A stretch of DNA of 64,000 nt from Eledone cirrhosa. Its lineage: Eukaryota. The stretch's first letter is position 1. The number at the start of each line of letters is the position of its first letter. The notes beneath the pieces are model-generated. The model did no database searches and had not been told where the DNA came from. It saw only the letters and a program-made list of their open reading frames with translations. The DNA is taken from the NCBI GenBank assembly GCA_964016885.1, contig OZ024755.1, forward strand, positions 8,370,001-8,434,000. The letters run 5' to 3'. The position numbers and the translations under genes are program-made. Below, one piece after another: positions 57,742 through 64,000 of the stretch.

Positions 57742-58284
57742 TTATTATTTAGTATATATTTCTTTATTCACCTTATTTACAAACACCTATAAACAAAACA
57801 ATTTTAGCGTAAATTCTACATATTCTTTTCCCATTCTTACACTTTCTATCTGAAAATAAATTTATGATCAAATTTATGGATGTGTATCGATTCTGCCATT
57901 AATTTTTATATACATTTTTGTAAGCAATTTATATAAAAACATTTTCTATAGAAATATTTTTATAGAATTTTCCATAATTTATCACACATTCATATATGCA
58001 CGATTGAGGAACCTGCACATTTTTACTATATTGTATTCCTTTTCAACTGGAGCTGATCAACCTCCAACTGTTTCACATAAATATGTCTCAAATATCATTT
58101 AATCAGTCGTCTGAAGAAGGGTACTGATAAACATTCACGAGCTACAACACAAAACATACACATACACACACGCTCTCACAAACAGACACACGCCCCCCAC
58201 CACATATATATGGTGGAGTGTATGATATATCAATATCTAATAATTTGTTTCTGTTTTAATCACTATTATCATACTAATAATAAT

Positions 58285-58845
58285 AATAATTGTTTCTACT
58301 TTTGGCACAAGGCCAGCAATTATCCCAGTGTATTACTGGTACTTTATTTTATCGACCCCGTAAGGATGAAAGGCAACCTCGGCGGGATTTGAACTCAGAT
58401 CATAAAGGACCGTAACTCTATGCTGCAAAGCATGACGTCCGACCCTCTACCGATACTGCCAACGTAAGAATGAAAGGCAAAGTTAATCTCGCCGGAATTT
58501 GAACTGAGGACGTAAAGGGCCAGCATAGAGTTACGGCCCTTTACATTCTCACTTGTGCCTAAATCAGAAACCATTATTTTTATCACCATAGTAGTATCGG
58601 CAGAGCGTTGGACAACTTGCTTCGCAGAACAGAGTTATGGCCCTTTACTTTTACGGTGGATTGGCAGTATCGGTAGAGGGTCGGACGCCATGCTTTGCAG
58701 CAAAGAGTTACGGCCCTTTATGGTCTGAGTCCAAATCCCGCCGAGGTTAACTTTGCCTTTCATCCTTACGGGGTCGATAAAATAAAGTACCAGTAATACA
58801 CTCGGGGATTTGCTGGCCTTGTGCCAGAAGTAAAAACAATTATTA
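58285..58845. mobile_element. S1 SINE cluster: minus copy 58285-58462, rearranged fragments 58463-58650, plus copy 58654-58845
   Basis: Direct similarity to 8715-8901 and 46134-46327. Confidence 0.85.
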
Positions 58846-59316
58846 GTTTTATTCTGTTCATTATTGTTATTACTATCTGTTTTCTTCCTTTCACCTCATT
58901 ATATATAACTTCTTTACCCTTTTCTCATTCTGTTGTACTTCAACATACGCTGAGACGCTTGATGACTCATTTGGCTTATTCCTCTCTCTTACTATATCCG
59001 GGTCTCACTTTCCGCCTCTCTCTCCCCTCTATCACGCTCTTTCTTCCACTCTCTTTTCCCCCTCACTCTTCGACTCTCTCTCACACACACGCACTCTTTA
59101 TTTTCCCTCTTCTTTCTTGTTACGTCTATTTGTATATTGTATATTGTCCTACATGATGCATGCTTGTGTGTCTCTGTGTATTTAATTGTACGTGTGTGCA
59201 GTTATCTAATGATATATACTCGGTAAAAAAGCCCACAATCTATATTCGTAGATATTACATTAAATATCTACCAATATAGATTTTTTTTCGGGGCATATTT
59301 TATTGGATATTACCTC

Positions 59317-59317
<1 letters not shown>

Positions 59318-59367
<50 letters not shown>

Positions 59368-59412
59368 TATACATTTATACATATACATATATATATATAC
59401 ACACACACAATG

Positions 59413-59446
<34 letters not shown>

Positions 59447-59497
59447 ATGTATATATATATATATATATATATACACAATATTTATACACACATAAAC

Positions 59498-59535
<38 letters not shown>

Positions 59536-59550
59536 GCATATATATATATA
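59318..59550. repeat. Compound TA/CA microsatellite
   Basis: Direct reading. Confidence 0.9.
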
Positions 59551-60904
59551 ATTTATGTATGTAGATATTTACATACATATATAATGTGATATAAATGTAG
59601 TGAAAGACACTGACAGAGAGGGTGAAAGAAATGAGGACAAAGAGAGATAGAAAAGGAGGGATACAAGCTACCTGAGTAAATAAAAATGCAACCAGTACTT
59701 CTCCAAGTTCAGTGTAGCGTGAATCTCACAGCGGACGAGAAAATATCTAAGAACCCACGTCATCTCTATTATTTTTCGCTCATCCGCAATCTCGTTTCTT
59801 CAAATTCACGCTACCTTTAACTTCTCTCAATGCATCTAACGTGCTTATAAATTCTTTCTCCATTGAAGATCATGCCAAACACATGAAATTTTATGTGCAA
59901 AATTTGGAGAAATTCTAATAAATATTTAATATCACATCAACAATTATGTATTGTTGTATATTATACTTCAGCATGTAACTGCAGGCATATATACATAGCT
60001 CTTTTACACTATAGAGAAGACTTGGGAAATTTCATTCGTGTATATATCGTATATATATACATGTGTGTTTGAACAATAAAAATAGAAGTCAGGTGTAGGT
60101 AGAGAGTTAGTTCTATGTTTTACGATCGTTTCAGAGGGTCGATCGATCGGTGAAGATCGATGTGTCGACTACCATATTAATGGTTAAGTTATTATCTATT
60201 ACTAGTCTCGAAGACCCTGTTCAATCGGCTATCCTCCTCAGAAACAGTCTAGAAATATATGCATCTGTACACATAGAAGTCAAATACTACAGATAACCAC
60301 GTGTAATAACAGTCATAACTCCGAACACATACACAGACTCACTGACACAGCAACATATACAAATATACATAAGTATTTACCAAGTTGATGTTTAAATTCC
60401 AATGAATCTTGTTTCTATGCTAGAGACCTGCTCTCTCTCTCTCTCCCTCTCTCTCTTGGAGAAAATCTATAAAATAATAAAATCAGGAAAAGTTTACATA
60501 CATACATGCATACACAACATACATATATATACATACATACATATATATGATAACGATGGCTGCCGCATAGTTATCGTGTATGGCCATTGCACAATATACC
60601 ATTATTAATAATTATTAATTCATTGTGCAATGCCTGTGTGTGAACACTGTGCACTGAGCCAATCCCAGTCTCTGAGTGACAGTAGCTATAACCCGAAAAG
60701 AAGAAAAGATCAACATCATTGGTAACTACTGAGCCGCAGCTCTTATGTCGGAGTTATCCCAGTTTAAAATGCCCTGACAAAGGCTAGATTTCCTTCACTC
60801 CCAGTGGTTTAATCGCGCGAACGGGTATCCAGCGCGACTATTGCTATGTCCCCGCGCCGCATATACATACACATGTACATGTGTATATACATATTTACAC
60901 ATTT

Positions 60905-61095
60905 TTGGATGGCCATTGACTCTTATGAGTTCTTCCGCCCTTTGTCAAATTTTGTTTTTTGTCCTGCAGGGTGTCCAAAATCACCCACCTCACCAAGTAA
61001 ACTTGGTGGGGTTGCCAGTTTAGTCACCGACGACCCGATCATCCAACAGATTGTACTGGGTTTTATGTTACCAGTAGCACTCAAGAGTGACCCGA
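60905..61095 (-). mobile_element. Probable LINE (RTE-like) 5' UTR relic
   Basis: GC-richer island with hairpin caccaagtaaacttggtg; resembles an octopus interspersed repeat as I recall it; no second copy in this window. Confidence 0.35.
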
Positions 61096-62059
61096 TATAA
61101 CATACATACATGCATACATATATATACATACATCAAACATACATGCATCATACATACATGAAACATTACGTTATAGTTAACAAACCAAACGACCAACCAG
61201 GCAGCCAACGATGTCAATAACAAATATATAATGTGACAGGAACAAAAGCAATAGCAACAAAAGCAAGAATTTCAACCAACATTTAAATCATTCCATGAAA
61301 AAGCAATTAGAACTATTCAGTAAGTAATGGCAGTATATCTAATTTTTCTCGTAATAACGTTCTGGATTTTGTTTTAAGGAAATCATTGTATCTAATTTAT
61401 GTTGCTGGGTTTAACCAATCTTTCGTCTTAGATATAATATTTATGCAAGAAATATTACAACTAATTACATAGCCACGTCATAGGAACCGAATGAATGTGG
61501 TGCCTTGATTCTCCTATGCAAAAATAAATATTTCAGAATATATATTTATTCATAAGAACTCGATAATATCAACTCTCTTCTGTCATAACAAATCATACAC
61601 AGATATATAATAAATGTATTTACTTATTGTTGCTTTTGGAGTTGTTTTCATTGTTATTTTTGTTGTGATCTTAAGTTGATGTTGTTTTTTAATATTTCAA
61701 TTTTACAACTTTCTACGTTTTGTTCGGGTTTCTCTATACTTTATGTCAAAAGCAAATATTTATTGTGAATTGTGGAGAAATTCATGCAAGGAGCAAACAT
61801 GTTACGAACAGAACAATCGCTTCTTCGATAGTTTATTGCTTCGTTATTCTTGTGGGAAGTAATAGCGTTATGGAGATAAAAGTGTGGAGTGTCATATCTT
61901 AATGCACACTCTCTCCCGCTCTCTCAATTTCTCTTAATTAGATACATTGAGAGAAGCGGGAGAGAGGGAGTTAGATATATTAAAATTTCTTTTAAAGATT
62001 GTAGCCCCCTCCCCAAATTATAAATAAATCTTGTTCATGAGATATTAACGAGGAGAAAG

Positions 62060-62091
<32 letters not shown>

Positions 62092-62117
62092 ATACATTAA
62101 TATATATAAATATATAT

Positions 62118-62177
<60 letters not shown>

Positions 62178-62741
62178 GTGTGTGTGTGTGTATGTATTTA
62201 TATGTACACAATCACACATATATACATAGACACACATATCTATAAACGTCTTGACAAATAAAGATCGATAAGATAAACACATAAGTCAGCCATATATTTG
62301 AGATTGGTGTCGACATAATCATCTAATCCCTCGGAGGCGCTACACTCATGACGGAAACCAGTTCAAATGACACAAATCAGGAAAAGATACAAAAAAAAAT
62401 CCTAGAACTTAAGCTTAAATGAAAATATATTTCTTTTGAGATGCCGCCATCATTTTATTCCGGATCAGATTAGTCTTCTGATATAAATTACTAGTCTCTT
62501 TGCTTTTGTATACTTTAATTAATCCCACTCACGCGATTCTAATATTCCCAACTCTTTGATATGTTGATCGTAAGATAAGATATTGTCCTACAAAACATCG
62601 TCTTTTAAACAGAGAGAAAAAAGGATACCTCACTCTAAATCCTTAACTGTACGATCATTACAGTTAAGATTGATATATTATGATTGACTGCCTTGTCATT
62701 TTATCAGTCAGATGTTCTAATGATTCTATATATATATATAT

Positions 62742-62975
62742 ATTTATTAAAATAACAGATTAAAGTTTAAGCAAAGAATCGCTGCTTTCACCCTTAACGG
62801 GATCTTCTAAAACTAACAAAGTCAATCTGTGAACGCAAAAGTGAATATTTCAAAAAACGTTGCAACCGGAAGAAAACAGGATGACGATACTTTGGCTCTA
62901 CGGTTCTTATATATTTGAAATATATTTATCCTTATCGAGCCCTCTTTGGATTTTAGTCTTCAAATTTATTATTAT

Positions 62976-62978
<3 letters not shown>
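62742..62978 (-). mobile_element. Family A mini-element, hammerhead-like segment on the minus strand with core C3>U
   Basis: Reverse complement of 5732-5895 (with indels) joined to the same-strand copy of 5899-5982; TA tracts on both sides. Confidence 0.85.
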
Positions 62979-63032
<54 letters not shown>

Positions 63033-64000
63033 AGCACCAATTATATTTATTGTGACGCTAATGGGATTCCACAATACAGTTTTAATCTACCAAACTACAC
63101 TCTCAAATCGTTGATATATTAATTGTTGTACTGTAACGCTGTTACGAAGATATATTCGACAAACTGGGAAAGTTGATAGAGCATCGAATTAAATGATTAG
63201 ATCTATATCTGGGTCCCCCCTCCCCTATTTTAAATAACACCGAGCCCAGCTTTTCCTTTCAATTATTTTAGAATCAATAAATATTAAAATTCCCTGAGGA
63301 TTGGCGCAATTGTTAAAGAATCAGATGGGCTGCATTGTGGTATTTGTTCTGGCTCTGTATGTTCCGATATCAAATCCTGCCTTCTTAGAAATGGTTTGTG
63401 GCTTGTTGATATGTTTTTGTGCCTGTTGTTTGGACTGCCACTATCATCTGGAAAATTGAGAGGGATGCATCTTGCCCGAGGAAGGTACCCTGTTAGTTGT
63501 ATTGACTGATGCTACAGGTGGCGCTAGCTATTTCCCCCCGGTTATGCCTTCGGTTTCCCAATGTCTGCAGAGCGTAGTCGAGATGAACCCTGAAGCTAAA
63601 GATGTAGAATTTGCAGCTTCTCTTCCTTCTTCCCATTGTTCCTTATATTAGTTATCCACCCCCTGCTTTTATTTTATTTTCTCTTTTTATGTTTATTTAA
63701 AAATTTTAAAAAAATTGGAATATTTTCATCATCGTGTTCAACATTAAACTTTATGGTTTCGCCACCGAAACATAAAACAACATCAATATATATCAGCAAA
63801 GACGAAACAAAACAGTTTCCATGGCTCAATATGACGATTAGCTTCGTTTGATTCTCGTACAGACCAGAAACGAGAATGACACTTAAAACACAAATAAAAT
63901 ATGAAATAAACCGTAAATTGGAAAAAGTTTAATTGGATGCGATCTTAATAGTTACATTCAAAGCTAAATTTAACATGCAATTAAAGAAAGCAAATGCGTT

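Noticed and set aside
60945-61095. Good-looking splice acceptor (ttttgttttttgtcctgcag) and a possible HDV-like ribozyme on the minus strand
   Set aside because: No recognisable peptide or partner exon; only a P1-like pairing could be drawn and the nested pseudoknot could not be completed.

Overview
AT-rich, gene-poor animal (eukaryotic) DNA with no credible protein-coding gene. Nearly all long ORFs in the track are translations of (TA)n/(TG)n/(CA)n/(GAT)n microsatellites. The very dense compound TA microsatellites and the SINE/LINE families resemble octopus (coleoid cephalopod) intergenic or intronic DNA; this is an inference from recalled repeat sequences, not a database result. Recognisable content: many copies of a tRNA-headed SINE (family S1, several with target-site duplications), a second CORE-like SINE with two alternative 3' tails (S2), older SINE relics, decayed fragments of RTE, R4/Dong and possibly CR1 and Penelope retroelements, the 3' end of a mariner transposon, and two putative MITEs. 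The most interesting signal is a set of short (about 110-300 bp) multi-copy elements lodged in (TA)n tracts. They carry fold-back hairpins and hammerhead-ribozyme-like folds: family A has a complete type I fold with a variant core, and family B is a palindrome containing the GAAAC-stem III-GUC half. Solitary CUGAUGA..GAAA motifs also occur. Together they suggest a Penelope-pLTR/retrozyme-like, microsatellite-associated mobile RNA system. All coordinates were read by eye and may be off by a few bases.
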